This document shows positions 31,621 through 41,643 of a stretch of DNA of 64,000 nucleotides, in pieces (within the stretch, counting starts at the first letter, position 1; the number at the start of each line of letters is the position of its first letter). The notes below the pieces were generated by a model. It was not told where the DNA came from. It did no database searches and saw only the letters and a program-made list of their open reading frames with translations. Source of the DNA: an uncultured Clostridia bacterium (GTDB lineage: Bacteria; Bacillota; Clostridia; TANB77; CAG-508); NCBI GenBank assembly GCA_947628115.1, contig CANQYS010000003.1, positions 168-64,167 on the forward strand, given 5' to 3'. A program made the position numbers and the translations under genes.

Positions 31621-32556
31621 ATGAAAAAAATATCAATAGTTGTACCAATGTATTATGAAGAAGAAGTGGCTAAAGAATGTTACTCTAGACTTACCTCAGT
31701 ATGCAATTCCATAAAAAATTATACATATGAAATAATTTTTGTAAATGACGGAAGTAAAGATAAAACACAAGAAATACTAGAAAACATAGCTCAGAATGAT
31801 AAAAACGTAAAAGTAATTTCTTTTTCGCGTAATTTTGGACATCAATGTGCTGTTACAGCAGGACTTAAATATGTAACTGGTGACGCAATTGTTATAATTG
31901 ATGCTGACCTTCAAGATTCACCAGAATTAATTCCGGAAATGCTACATCTTTGGGAGCAAGGAAATGAAGTAATATATGGCAAGCGAAAAAAACGTGATGG
32001 AGAATCTAAATTTAAATTACTTACTGCCAGTATGTTTTATAAAACACTAAATGCACTTTCTGATGTTGATATTCCAAAAGATACAGGTGATTTTAGATTA
32101 GTAGATAGAAAAGTTATTGATGTTATAAATTCCCTTCCAGAACACAATAAATTTTTAAGAGGATTATTTAGCTGGGTTGGATATAAACAATATGCCTTTG
32201 AATATGAACGAAAAGAACGTTTTGCAGGGAAAACAAAATATCCTTTAAAAAAAATGCTAAAGCTTGCTGCTGATGGTATTATAGGATTTTCAACAAAACC
32301 TTTAAAACTTTTAGGTGGACTTGGAATATTATCAATTTTTATATCATTTATTATTCTTATTTATGCTTTATTATCATTCATATTTAGCCTAAACAATATA
32401 ACTGCAGGCTGGACATCTATTATGGTTGCAATAACCTTTTTTGCGGGGGTTCAACTATTATCTCTTTGGATGATGTCAGAATATATAGGTAGAATTTATG
32501 ATGAAACAAAGCAGAGACCACAATATATAATTAATAAAACAATAAATATAGATTAA
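31621..32556 (+). CDS. GtrB/ArnC-like polyprenyl-phosphate glycosyltransferase (GT2 domain plus C-terminal TM helices).
   Basis: ISIVVPMYYEEE...VNDGSKD...IDADLQDSPE, with two C-terminal TM helices. Confidence 0.7.
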   Translation: MKKISIVVPMYYEEEVAKECYSRLTSVCNSIKNYTYEIIFVNDGSKDKTQEILENIAQNDKNVKVISFSRNFGHQCAVTAGLKYVTGDAIVIIDADLQDSPELIPEMLHLWEQGNEVIYGKRKKRDGESKFKLLTASMFYKTLNALSDVDIPKDTGDFRLVDRKVIDVINSLPEHNKFLRGLFSWVGYKQYAFEYERKERFAGKTKYPLKKMLKLAADGIIGFSTKPLKLLGGLGILSIFISFIILIYALLSFIFSLNNITAGWTSIMVAITFFAGVQLLSLWMMSEYIGRIYDETKQRPQYIINKTINID

Positions 32557-32565
32557 GGAGTAAAA

Positions 32566-32997
32566 ATGATAAAAAAAATATTAGAATTATATAAAAAAAA
32601 TAAAGAAATAATTAATTATTTAATATTTGGAGTATTAACAACAATTGTTGCTTTAGGAACATATGTTATATGTGCATCCACATTCTTAGATGTAAGCAAT
32701 CCTTTTGAACTTCAAATTGCAAATATTATATCATGGATATTAGCACTTGTTTTTGCATATTTAACTAATAGAAAATATGTATTTGAAAGTAATAATCCAA
32801 ATAAAATTAAGGAATTTATTAAATTTACTTCTTCTAGGTTAACTACATTAATTTTAGATATGCTAATAATGTTTTTAGGAGTAACCTTATTAAAATATAA
32901 TGATAAAATAGTAAAAATTATTTCTCAAATATTTGTAATTTTAGGAAATTATATTTTTAGTAAATTATTTGTATTTAAAAAGACGGATAAAATTTAA
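32566..32997 (+). CDS. GtrA-family small membrane protein (flippase accessory).
   Basis: 143 aa, four TM helices, YLIFGVLTTIVALGTYV N-terminus. Directly downstream of the gtrB-like gene. Confidence 0.6.
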   Translation: MIKKILELYKKNKEIINYLIFGVLTTIVALGTYVICASTFLDVSNPFELQIANIISWILALVFAYLTNRKYVFESNNPNKIKEFIKFTSSRLTTLILDMLIMFLGVTLLKYNDKIVKIISQIFVILGNYIFSKLFVFKKTDKI

Positions 32998-33023
32998 AAT
33001 TTATCCGTCCTTTTTTGTTGGTC

Positions 33024-33194
33024 CTACACTTTTCTGTTAGCTATTTCTATAGCTTTAGCAATCATACTTCCACATTCTTTTGATGATACATTTCCCCATC
33101 CACCATCTTGTTTTACTTTTTCGTATACTCCTAATTCTTTTGCTATTTCTTCTTTTAGATTTTCAGACATTAGATTTTTGTTTCTTGACATCAT
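33024..33194 (-). CDS. Alpha/beta-type small acid-soluble spore protein.
   Basis: KEEIAKELGV...GGWGNVSSKECGSMIAKAIEIA matches the SASP alpha/beta signature. Confidence 0.8.
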   Translation of the reverse strand: MMSRNKNLMSENLKEEIAKELGVYEKVKQDGGWGNVSSKECGSMIAKAIEIANRKV

Positions 33195-33454
33195 AAAAAC
33201 CTCCATTCGAGTATTTTATAATCACCAAAAACCTCTAATTAAATTGTGAAAATGAAAGAGGTTTTTATTTGCCGATTTGAATTTGCGAATAAAATGAGCA
33301 AATTTCAAAGGCAATAGCGATTATAGCTTATTTAATGTAATAAATTTATTTTTTACATTAAATACTCCTTTAGAAAAATAAATTTTTATTTTTCCTCTAT
33401 TATTATTTGCAATAAAACTTTTTTTATTTTAACAATTTATTCTATTTTTTAATC

Positions 33455-34843
33455 CTATTGTGTTAAAATTCCATTTGGAGTATCTATTATTACTAATATA
33501 TTCTCTTCTCTGCCCGTTTGCGCATTTATATATACTAAGAAATCTGTTTCATTTATTTTACCTTTAAATTCATAGCAAAGTATTTCTGTTTTCCACTCTG
33601 TTGGAATAATTGCAAGCCCTTCACTAAATATTTCCAAATTTTTATTTAAATCAGATTTTGCTTCTTCTATTGATATTTTTGCTTTTGGAATATTTCTTTC
33701 TGTGTGATTATTTAAATATCCACTAGTTTCCATTCCTAAAATCTCACCATTATCTAAAGCAACTTTTAGTTTTATTAAGTCCGGATATATAGTAACATCA
33801 TCTTGTTCATAAGCATAATTTATAGTTACAATTCCACCTTCTTTTAAATAATACGTTTCTTTCATGTTGTTAATTCCTCTAGAACTTAGGAAATCTTTTC
33901 CTATTTTATTTGCATCATCTTGAGATAATACTTCCGCTTCTATATCTCTATTATAATTCATATTAACTATATGCCCACCTTTTTTAGAAATTGATATTGT
34001 AAGTGGATTATTATCATCTCCATCCGTAACTTTTCCATTAAAATCATATACTTGTATATCACCATTTTCTATTAATCCATTTGAATTTAATTCAACTAGT
34101 CTATCTTGCCCTATAAAATCTTTTGCTATTTGTTTTGCTTTTTCTTCATCTATTTCATCACCAGTTAGACCTTTTTTTTCTACAGATTCCATGTGTTCAG
34201 AAAAAGCTCCATCATAAATTAATCCTGCGTACTCTCCAAAATTTTCATCTAAATTGCTAAATGTAGCTGCAGACAAATTATCTACTTGCTGTGCAAATGC
34301 AACTTCTGTATTTTTTGTTAATTCATCCCAACTAATTCTTCCTTCATTCATATCTGTACATAGTTGATCTAATGTATTTTTAAGTTCAGTACTATAATCA
34401 TGTAATTGCTTTAAATTGTCCAAATCTTCTTGTGAAAGTTTTTCATTATATATATTTTTTCTTGATAAAGAATAACTATACTCACTTACTTGATTTAAAA
34501 ATTTTGCAGTATTTGAAAGTTCATTACTCGAAATAGGAAGCTGCGCTAAATATACTTGTGCTAAGTTTGCTTCTCTCCATACTTTTGTAAGTGTTTCCGC
34601 TCCATGCTGAGGAGTACTTGTAATTGTAGCCTTTGCAAGATAATTTTCAACATCTTGCACATAATCAGTTAATTCATATAAAGCAAGATTATATTGATTT
34701 TGTGTAGCTGTTGTATATTCTTGGTTTTTCTTATATAAAAAATATCCTAACACTATACTAATTATAATTAATATAATCATAATTCCATAAAGATAATTTT
34801 TTTTCATTGTACTTAAATATTTATTCATGTATCTTCTCTCCAA
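33455..34843 (-). CDS. ypeB: YpeB-like sporulation/germination protein (N-terminal TM anchor, PepSY-like repeats).
   Basis: Size 462 aa, signal-anchor, and position immediately downstream of a sleB-like gene. Confidence 0.55.
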   Translation of the reverse strand: MERRYMNKYLSTMKKNYLYGIMIILIIISIVLGYFLYKKNQEYTTATQNQYNLALYELTDYVQDVENYLAKATITSTPQHGAETLTKVWREANLAQVYLAQLPISSNELSNTAKFLNQVSEYSYSLSRKNIYNEKLSQEDLDNLKQLHDYSTELKNTLDQLCTDMNEGRISWDELTKNTEVAFAQQVDNLSAATFSNLDENFGEYAGLIYDGAFSEHMESVEKKGLTGDEIDEEKAKQIAKDFIGQDRLVELNSNGLIENGDIQVYDFNGKVTDGDDNNPLTISISKKGGHIVNMNYNRDIEAEVLSQDDANKIGKDFLSSRGINNMKETYYLKEGGIVTINYAYEQDDVTIYPDLIKLKVALDNGEILGMETSGYLNNHTERNIPKAKISIEEAKSDLNKNLEIFSEGLAIIPTEWKTEILCYEFKGKINETDFLVYINAQTGREENILVIIDTPNGILTQ

Positions 34844-34862
34844 TCAAAATTTATTATTATAT

Positions 34863-35339
34863 CTATTTACAAAAATGATGTTTTCCAATTGTCTTTACTA
34901 TAGTTTTTGACCATATCCAACTGCTTGTTGCCGTATTTGGATTAAAATAATAAATGCAACCATTTGTTGGATCCCAGCCATTTATAGCATCTTGTGCTGC
35001 TTTTACTACAGTAGAATTTTCATCTATTGGCTGATTTATTTGTCCATCTGAAACAGCAGTAAAAGCTCCCGGTTGATAAATTACACCAGCAATTGTATTT
35101 GGGAAATCGCTATGTTTTACCCTATTCATAATTACTGCTCCAACCGCTACTTGTCCTTCATAACTTTCTCCCCTTGCTTCTCCATTTATTGCCCTTGCAA
35201 TAAGTTGTAGGTCAGAAGTAGAATTTCCATTTGCAGCTAATACTTTATTATTTTCTAAATTGCCAGAAAAATATATTAGGCAAATAGAAAAAATAATTAT
35301 TATAAAAAAATAAAATATCGTTCTCATTTTTATCTCCAT
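34863..35339 (-). CDS. sleB: Spore cortex-lytic enzyme catalytic domain (SleB/CwlJ Hydrolase_2 family). Signal peptide present, no peptidoglycan-binding domain.
   Basis: ARAINGEARGESYEGQVAVGAVIMNRV...GAFTAV...YYFNP motifs. Confidence 0.7.
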   Translation of the reverse strand: MEIKMRTIFYFFIIIIFSICLIYFSGNLENNKVLAANGNSTSDLQLIARAINGEARGESYEGQVAVGAVIMNRVKHSDFPNTIAGVIYQPGAFTAVSDGQINQPIDENSTVVKAAQDAINGWDPTNGCIYYFNPNTATSSWIWSKTIVKTIGKHHFCK

Positions 35340-35340
35340 T

Positions 35341-35765
35341 TATATTATTAATTAAATAAATTGTAGTTTGTAGGGATAAATTCATTTTCAAATCTGTAGG
35401 GGCAGATTCCATATCTGCCCGGAATTATTTATTGTTTTTCGGGCGGAAATTGATTCCGCCCCTACGTTGTTTGCAATTGGTTGATTTGCTGATTTCTTTT
35501 GCGGGCGGACAGGGCCTCGTCCGCCCCTACACTTTATATGCCGAAATTCAAACAATTATTATAATTAAAAAATCTGAATTGACGAATGCGAGCGGAATGT
35601 TTGTATAAATTCTTAAAGGAAATCAATGGAGGAAGCGGTTACCGAGAGGCTCGATTGATTTACTTTTAGAATTTATAAAACACGCAGACGAAGCCGAGGA
35701 AACCGAAGATTTTTAATTATAATAATTGAATTCAATCATCAAAAAGAAATTTACAAACTACAATT
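35341..35765. mobile_element. MITE-like GC-rich palindromic element (copy D, about 425 bp). Its TIRs are aattgtagtttgta and tacaaactacaatt.
   Basis: Perfect 14-bp TIRs. Internal GC-rich hairpins tgtaggggcagat..atctgcccgg, cgggcggaaattgattccgcccctac, and gcgggcggacagggcctcgtccgcccctac, set in a roughly 25% GC background. Confidence 0.6.
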
Positions 35766-35883
35766 TTTATTTTCAAAGTATTTTAAATATAGTTTATATT
35801 GTTTTTGAAAATTTATACATTTTTTATAAATTTTTATGATATAATAAATTAAAATTTATTTTAATCTTTATGGAGGCTTTATT

Positions 35884-37015
35884 ATGAAAAAAATTATAAT
35901 TTTTTATGGTTCATATGGCGGTGGTCATTTATCTGCTGCTAGAAGTATAAAAGAATATATAGACACAAATTATTCAGATACCGAAACATGTTTAATTGAT
36001 TGTATTGAATATATTAATAAAGCCTTAAACAAAGTTACTACAAAAGCATATTCAGAAATGGCTAAAAATGCACATTGGGTATGGAAAAAAGTTTATTATA
36101 GTGCAGAAAAAGGAACTATTGCAACAATGAGTAATACTACTCAAAAGATAATGGCAATAAAATTAAATAAACTTTTGCAATACTATCAGCCTGACTTAAT
36201 AATTTCTACTCATCCTTTTAGTAGCCATATGTGTGCAATATTAAAGAAAAAGAAAAAAATAAACTCAAAAATTGCAACAATTATTACAGATTATGCACCT
36301 CATGGACAATGGCTTATGCATCCAGCATATATAGATTTTTTCTTTGTTGCACATGAAGGAATGAAACAAGATTTATTAAAAAGAGGAATAAAAGAAAATC
36401 AAATAAAAGTAACAGGAATCCCTTTATCGAATAGATTTTTAGCTAACTATAATAAAGAAAAAATATTAGCAGATTTTAATTTATCTTTAAATAAAAAAAC
36501 TATACTGTTTTTTGCCGGTCGGGGAACAAGGATTTGGCAAAGATAAAGTATTTAATATATTAAAAACTTTAATTGAAAAATTTCCATATATTCAAATAAT
36601 TGCTATTTCAGGAAAAAATGAAAAAATGAAACATCAATTTGATAATCTTGTTGCTGAAACTAATTCTACTAATAATGTAAAAGTATTAAAATTTACTAAT
36701 AAAATTCCAGAACTAATGAGTATATCTGATTTAGTTATAACAAAACCTGGTGGACTAACTACCACAGAAAGTTTAGCATCCGGTCTTCCTATAATAGTAA
36801 TTAACCCAATACCTGGTCAAGAAGAAGAAAATGCAAATTTTTTAGAAGAAAAGGGTGTTGCTATATGGATAAAAAAACATGATAATATTGAAGAAAAATT
36901 ATATAAACTATTAAATTCTCCAGATAAATTACAAACAATGAAAATAAATGCAAGACTTTTAGCTAAAAAAAATTCAACCAAAGATATTTGTGAAATATTG
37001 TTAGGACATATATAA
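35884..37015 (+). pseudogene. ugtP: UgtP-like processive diacylglycerol beta-glucosyltransferase (MGDG synthase N-domain plus GT-B C-domain). Frameshifted by an extra C at about 36530 (ggtCgggg).
   Basis: Two overlapping ORFs of 220 aa and 167 aa. Removing one C restores ...ILFFAGGEQGFGKDKV.... Strong match to UgtP: ITKPGGLTTTESLASGLPIIVINPIPGQEEENANFLEEKG. Confidence 0.75.
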
Positions 37016-37199
37016 AAAAACATCTCATATATTAAAATAAGAGGTGCTTTTTATGTGTATATCTGATTTTTCAAATTGTGAACTTGTTGCTCTTGCTAGT
37101 ACTATTGCAATTGCTCTTAGCAAGGAACTTTCTAAAGAAGACTTATCTGTTCTTTCTGGTTTCTTCTCTGCCATTGGTGATAATTTAGCTATTCTTTCA

Positions 37200-37799
37200 T
37201 CATAATTCTCTTCTTCCTTCTAGAGCTTTCATAAGAGTTATTTCATCTGTATATTCTAAATCTCCACCAACTGGTATGCCGTGTGCAATTCTTGTTACTT
37301 TTATTCCAAGTGGTTTTATTATTTTTGATAAATATATTGCAGTTGCTTCACCTTCTACTCTAGGATTTGTAGCTATTATTATTTCTTTTATAGTTTGATT
37401 ACTTATACGATTTAAAAGTTCTTTTATTTTTATATCTTCTGGTCCAATTCCATTCATAGGAGATATTGTTCCATGTAATACATGGTAAACTCCTTTAAAT
37501 TCATGGGTTCTTTCCATTGCCATAATATCCCTTACATCTTCTACAACACATATTATAGAATTATCTCTTTTGGGACTAGCACATATTGGACATGGATCTG
37601 TATCTGAAATATTATAACAAATGCTACAATATTTTAAATTCTTTTTTGCATTAACAATTGAACTTATAAATTCATTAATATCTTCCTGATTTAAATCCAA
37701 CATGTGAAATGCAAGTCTTACAGCTGTTTTGTGTCCAATACTTGGTAATTTTTCGAAACTTTCAATTAATTTTTCTATTGATGGTGAATAGTATGACAT
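37200..37799 (-). CDS. recR: Recombination protein RecR.
   Basis: [16 protein letters not shown]4 zinc finger [16 protein letters not shown], Toprim domain. Confidence 0.9.
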   Translation of the reverse strand: MSYYSPSIEKLIESFEKLPSIGHKTAVRLAFHMLDLNQEDINEFISSIVNAKKNLKYCSICYNISDTDPCPICASPKRDNSIICVVEDVRDIMAMERTHEFKGVYHVLHGTISPMNGIGPEDIKIKELLNRISNQTIKEIIIATNPRVEGEATAIYLSKIIKPLGIKVTRIAHGIPVGGDLEYTDEITLMKALEGRREL

Positions 37800-37904
37800 A
37801 TTACATCATCCCTTCATAAATTGTATAGGGACAAAGCTTTTCCTGTTAGAATTACTAATCTTGATACGCTATGTCCCTATTACGCACCAATAAGTTATGT
37901 CATA

Positions 37905-38246
37905 TTAAAACATACCAGGTATATTATACTTTCCCATAGATGCGCTTTGTGCACTATCTACTTTCCTTAACGCTTCATTAATGCAAGTAATAATTAAATC
38001 TTGAAGCATTTCTACATCATCAGGATCTACCACTTCTTTACTAATTTTTATTTCTTTTATTTCTTTATTTCCACCGACTTTTACACTTATTGCTCCTCCA
38101 CCACTGCTAGCCTCAAATTCCTTAGCTTGAAGTTCCTCTTGAGATTTTTCTAAATCTGCTTGCATCTTTTTTGCTTCTTTCATTAGTTGGTTGATATTCA
38201 TTCCTCCAAATCCGCCCATTCCTGGGAATCCTCCCTTTTTCGACAT
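37905..38246 (-). CDS. ybaB: Nucleoid-associated protein YbaB/EbfC.
   Basis: 113 aa, MGGFGGMNINQLMKEAKKMQ..., conserved dnaX-ybaB-recR order. Confidence 0.85.
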   Translation of the reverse strand: MSKKGGFPGMGGFGGMNINQLMKEAKKMQADLEKSQEELQAKEFEASSGGGAISVKVGGNKEIKEIKISKEVVDPDDVEMLQDLIITCINEALRKVDSAQSASMGKYNIPGMF

Positions 38247-38263
38247 ATTAAATTCTCCTTTCT

Positions 38264-39829
38264 TTATTCATCTATAATATTAATTGGAATATCTAACCCT
38301 GTTATCATATTCTCAATTGAATCTGCATTATTTTTAGATTGTTTATTGCTTTCCTGGCTTGTAAATTTTATATTCATGGTCTTCCCTGCTTCAATTGATA
38401 CAAGTTTTTCAAGTTCTGATTTATTTTCATATGTTTCTAATACTTGTTTTGCAAATGAATTCTTATTAGCAAGTTCAACTTCTATTGTCATATCATTAAT
38501 TTCTCTTGCAACACTACCAATAAGATTAACATATATTCCCATTTTTCCATTTTGTTTTACTTTATCAATTACATTATTCCAGTATGGAAGATTGCCTCCA
38601 TTTGAAGATTTATTATTTTTTTCGTTACTTTCTATTTTTGAGTGAACTTTGTTAGTCTCTACATCATTTTTTTCTATATTCATTTTATTTGTATTTTCAT
38701 TTAGCTGTTCCTTGCTTATCTTTTGTGGTATTGTTGTATCATTTCTAACTTCTAATTCAATACAAGCTTTTATTAATCCTACTTGAAACATTATAACTTT
38801 TTGTGATGACCATTTTATATTATTAGAAAGTTCAGATAAATCATAAATTAAACTTAATAATTTATCTTTAGTTACAATCTTTGATAGATTGGCCATTTGT
38901 TCTTTTTCTTCTGCATTATATATATCTAAATTATTGCAAGATTTATATACAAGTAAATCCTTTATATATTTTATTATTTCCCATAAAAAATTGTCTATAT
39001 CTTTACCTTGATTTATAATATTATTTGTTGTTTCTAATACTATATTACTATTATTCTCCAATATTCCTTTAACTACTTCGTATATTTGCTTATTTTGAGG
39101 TATTCCCACTAACTCTCTTACATAGCTTTCATCTATTATCCCGTTTTTTTCTCCTGTACACCTTTCTAATATACTAATAGCATCTCTCATTGCACCTTCA
39201 GATAATACTGCAATTATCTTTAATGCTTCATCAGTTATTTCAATATTACTTTCTTTGCATATTACTTTTAATCTTTTTACTACATCCTCATTACAAATTC
39301 TTTTAAAGTCAAATCTTTGACATCTTGAGAGTATTGTAGCTGGTAATTTTTGAGGTTCCGTTGTAGCAAGTATAAATTTTACATGTTCTGGTGGCTCCTC
39401 CAAAGTCTTTAAAAGTGCATTAAATGCCCCTGTTGATAGCATATGTACCTCGTCTATAATATATACTCTATATTTTGCACGCGTTGGTAAAAAATTTACT
39501 TCTTCCCTTATACTTCTTATATCTTCAACACTATTATTAGATGCCGCATCCATTTCTACTACATCTGTAAGTGAGCCTGAAATTATAGCTTTGCATATTT
39601 CACATTCATTACATGGTTCTCCATCATGTGGATTCAAGCAGTTTACAGCTCTTGCCAGAATTTTAGCAGCGGATGTTTTACCAGTTCCTCTTCCTCCATT
39701 AAAAAGATATGCATGTCCAACTCTATTTGCAATAATTTGTCTTTTTAATGTTTCAGTTATGTGTTCTTGACCTACCATCTCATTAAAATTTAATGGTCTA
39801 AATTTTCTATATAAAGCTGTATAAGCCAT
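38264..39829 (-). CDS. dnaX: DNA polymerase III subunit gamma/tau.
   Basis: FRPLNFNEMVGQEH, GGRGTGKTS Walker A, zinc module CNECEIC. Confidence 0.9.
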   Translation of the reverse strand: MAYTALYRKFRPLNFNEMVGQEHITETLKRQIIANRVGHAYLFNGGRGTGKTSAAKILARAVNCLNPHDGEPCNECEICKAIISGSLTDVVEMDAASNNSVEDIRSIREEVNFLPTRAKYRVYIIDEVHMLSTGAFNALLKTLEEPPEHVKFILATTEPQKLPATILSRCQRFDFKRICNEDVVKRLKVICKESNIEITDEALKIIAVLSEGAMRDAISILERCTGEKNGIIDESYVRELVGIPQNKQIYEVVKGILENNSNIVLETTNNIINQGKDIDNFLWEIIKYIKDLLVYKSCNNLDIYNAEEKEQMANLSKIVTKDKLLSLIYDLSELSNNIKWSSQKVIMFQVGLIKACIELEVRNDTTIPQKISKEQLNENTNKMNIEKNDVETNKVHSKIESNEKNNKSSNGGNLPYWNNVIDKVKQNGKMGIYVNLIGSVAREINDMTIEVELANKNSFAKQVLETYENKSELEKLVSIEAGKTMNIKFTSQESNKQSKNNADSIENMITGLDIPINIIDE

Positions 39830-39847
39830 TTTGCCTCCCTAAATTAT

Positions 39848-39967
39848 AAGTTAACTTCTCTATGGAAAGCACTCCACATAGAAATAAACTATTTATCGCT
39901 GCTTCCTTCCGGACCTGACGAGGTTCATAGGTTTCTATTGAATTGCTCTCCATACAAAAGTTAACTT
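39848..39967 (-). ncRNA. ffs: Signal recognition particle RNA (4.5S/scRNA, small type).
   Basis: The minus-strand sequence contains the conserved domain IV motif GTCAGGTCCGGAAGGAAGCAGC. It is closed by terminal helix aagttaactt...aagttaactt. Canonical position just upstream of dnaX. Confidence 0.7.
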
Positions 39968-40028
39968 ATTATTTTTACTATCTAATTATATAATTTTATT
40001 TGAATATAATCAAGCATTTTAAATATTT

Positions 40029-40775
40029 TTAAAATCTTTTAAATATAACATTTTCAAGTTTTGTATCTTCTAATATTCCTACTCCATCTTCTAATATATT
40101 TCCTGTAGGTAAATCAAGAGTAATATTAGATTTAAATTTTTTATTAGATTCAGTTTCAATTATCAAATCAAAAGATACTTTGAATTTAATATTTTCAAGT
40201 TGTATGCTTGCTTTTGTAAGTAAAGTTCCATCACTTGGTACTTTTTCATTTTGTGAGAAAACATATTTTCCAATATTATTAGTAACAATACTAAAGCCTA
40301 TAGTACCACCTTGATTATTAATTTGCAAAGTTTCTGCATTTGTATTCTGACCACCTAAATATTCTAATGAATTTTCAAATTTATACTCTTCTGAATAGCT
40401 ATATGTATTTATAGAAGTATAAGGTCTATAACTACTAATTATTATATCATTATTTGATTTTGTTATTTGGAAATTTTCAAAGTTTATTTTTTTTATAGCT
40501 TCTTCCTTTTTATAATTACTGTTTTTTTCAATCACAAAATAAATATCGTTTTTTTGCAATATATTAGCATACCAAGCTCCAGTCTCATCATTATTAATTT
40601 CTGGTTCGGCAGTGCTAATTATACTAATTTTTTTTAAGTTAAAGGGTAAATTTTTTTCACCTTCAACATGATATTTAAGCATTAAAGCCATTGCAATTAA
40701 TATTATTATTATGAATATAAAAAAAATAATATATGTATGTATAACTCTTTTTTTTGAGAAACTACTTCGTTTCAT
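40029..40775 (-). CDS. Hypothetical membrane-anchored protein (N-terminal TM helix, extracytoplasmic domain).
   Basis: ORF 248 aa. It overlaps the tadA stop by 4 nt, consistent with translational coupling. No recognised family. Confidence 0.45.
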   Translation of the reverse strand: MKRSSFSKKRVIHTYIIFFIFIIIILIAMALMLKYHVEGEKNLPFNLKKISIISTAEPEINNDETGAWYANILQKNDIYFVIEKNSNYKKEEAIKKINFENFQITKSNNDIIISSYRPYTSINTYSYSEEYKFENSLEYLGGQNTNAETLQINNQGGTIGFSIVTNNIGKYVFSQNEKVPSDGTLLTKASIQLENIKFKVSFDLIIETESNKKFKSNITLDLPTGNILEDGVGILEDTKLENVIFKRF

Positions 40776-41239
40776 TTTTTCCTCCGTTTCTTTGTCCTTA
40801 ACATTTTAAAAAAATCTTTTAAAATATATTCACATTCATCTTTTAGTATTCCTGTTTCTATTTCGACTGTATGATTAAATTTGTAATTTTCAATATTTAT
40901 AACCGATTTGCATGAACCAGTTTTAGGATCAAGTGTTCCTATATAGATTTTTTTTATTCTAGAATTTATAATTGCCCCCATACACATCATACATGGTTCT
41001 AGAGTTATATACATTTCACATTCTTCTAATCTCCATGCTTTTAATTTTTTATTAGCTTTTTGAATTGCTAATATTTCTGCATGTGAAATACCGCTATTTT
41101 TTAATTCTTTTAAATTATGTCCTCTTGCAATTATTTTTCCATTTTTAACAATAATTGCACCTACCGGTATTTCCTCTTTTTTATATGCTTTTTTTGCTTC
41201 TTTCAAAGCCTCTTTCATAAATTTTTCTTTTTCTAACAT
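40772..41239 (-). CDS. tadA: tRNA-specific adenosine deaminase.
   Basis: HAEILAI...LEPCMMCMGAI CDA zinc-binding motifs, 155 aa. Confidence 0.85.
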   Translation of the reverse strand: MLEKEKFMKEALKEAKKAYKKEEIPVGAIIVKNGKIIARGHNLKELKNSGISHAEILAIQKANKKLKAWRLEECEMYITLEPCMMCMGAIINSRIKKIYIGTLDPKTGSCKSVINIENYKFNHTVEIETGILKDECEYILKDFFKMLRTKKRRKK

Positions 41240-41253
41240 ATTAAACCTTCTTA

Positions 41254-41288
41254 TGGTGCACTTAGCTGGATTCGAACCAGCGGCCTCT
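41254..41288 (-). repeat. 35-bp fragment identical to the 3' end (T-arm, acceptor, and CCA) of tRNA-Arg(CCU). Putative att site marking the far end of an integrated island.
   Basis: tggtgcacttagctggattcgaaccagcggcctct is identical at 41254..41288 and 48981..49015, in the same orientation. Confidence 0.7.
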
Positions 41289-41590
41289 GCCTTATGAGAA
41301 ACTCGGTTACAATTTCAAATAGTGTTTGATTTTTTTAAAAGCCTTCATAAATCTAATAAATTGCTATGTTTTTTTAAATTATTTTTTTAATTCGATTTGT
41401 TTTTTTAAATAATTTTAAATACTATTTTATAGAATTCGCGACAATTTAGCGACACACTATTTAAAAATTCTATCCTAATCTTCTAGTCCTCCGTACACTA
41501 TAAAATTCATTCTTTTATATTTTACTTATAATATTCTAGCATAAATTTTATTATTATACAATATACTTACAAGATTATAATATACAAAAC

Positions 41591-41625
41591 TGGATAGAGG
41601 TAATAACCCCTATCCAGTCAAAGTC
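41591..41625 (-). terminator. Rho-independent terminator after the 491-aa MazF-like gene.
   Basis: ctggatagaggtaataacccctatccag hairpin plus T-run on the minus strand. Confidence 0.5.
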
Positions 41626-41643
41626 ATTTTGTGGATTATAGTT

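Noticed and set aside
41254-41288. Second tRNA-Arg gene.
   Set aside because: Only the 3' 35 nt are present, with no D arm or anticodon arm. It is interpreted as an att-site remnant, not a functional tRNA.
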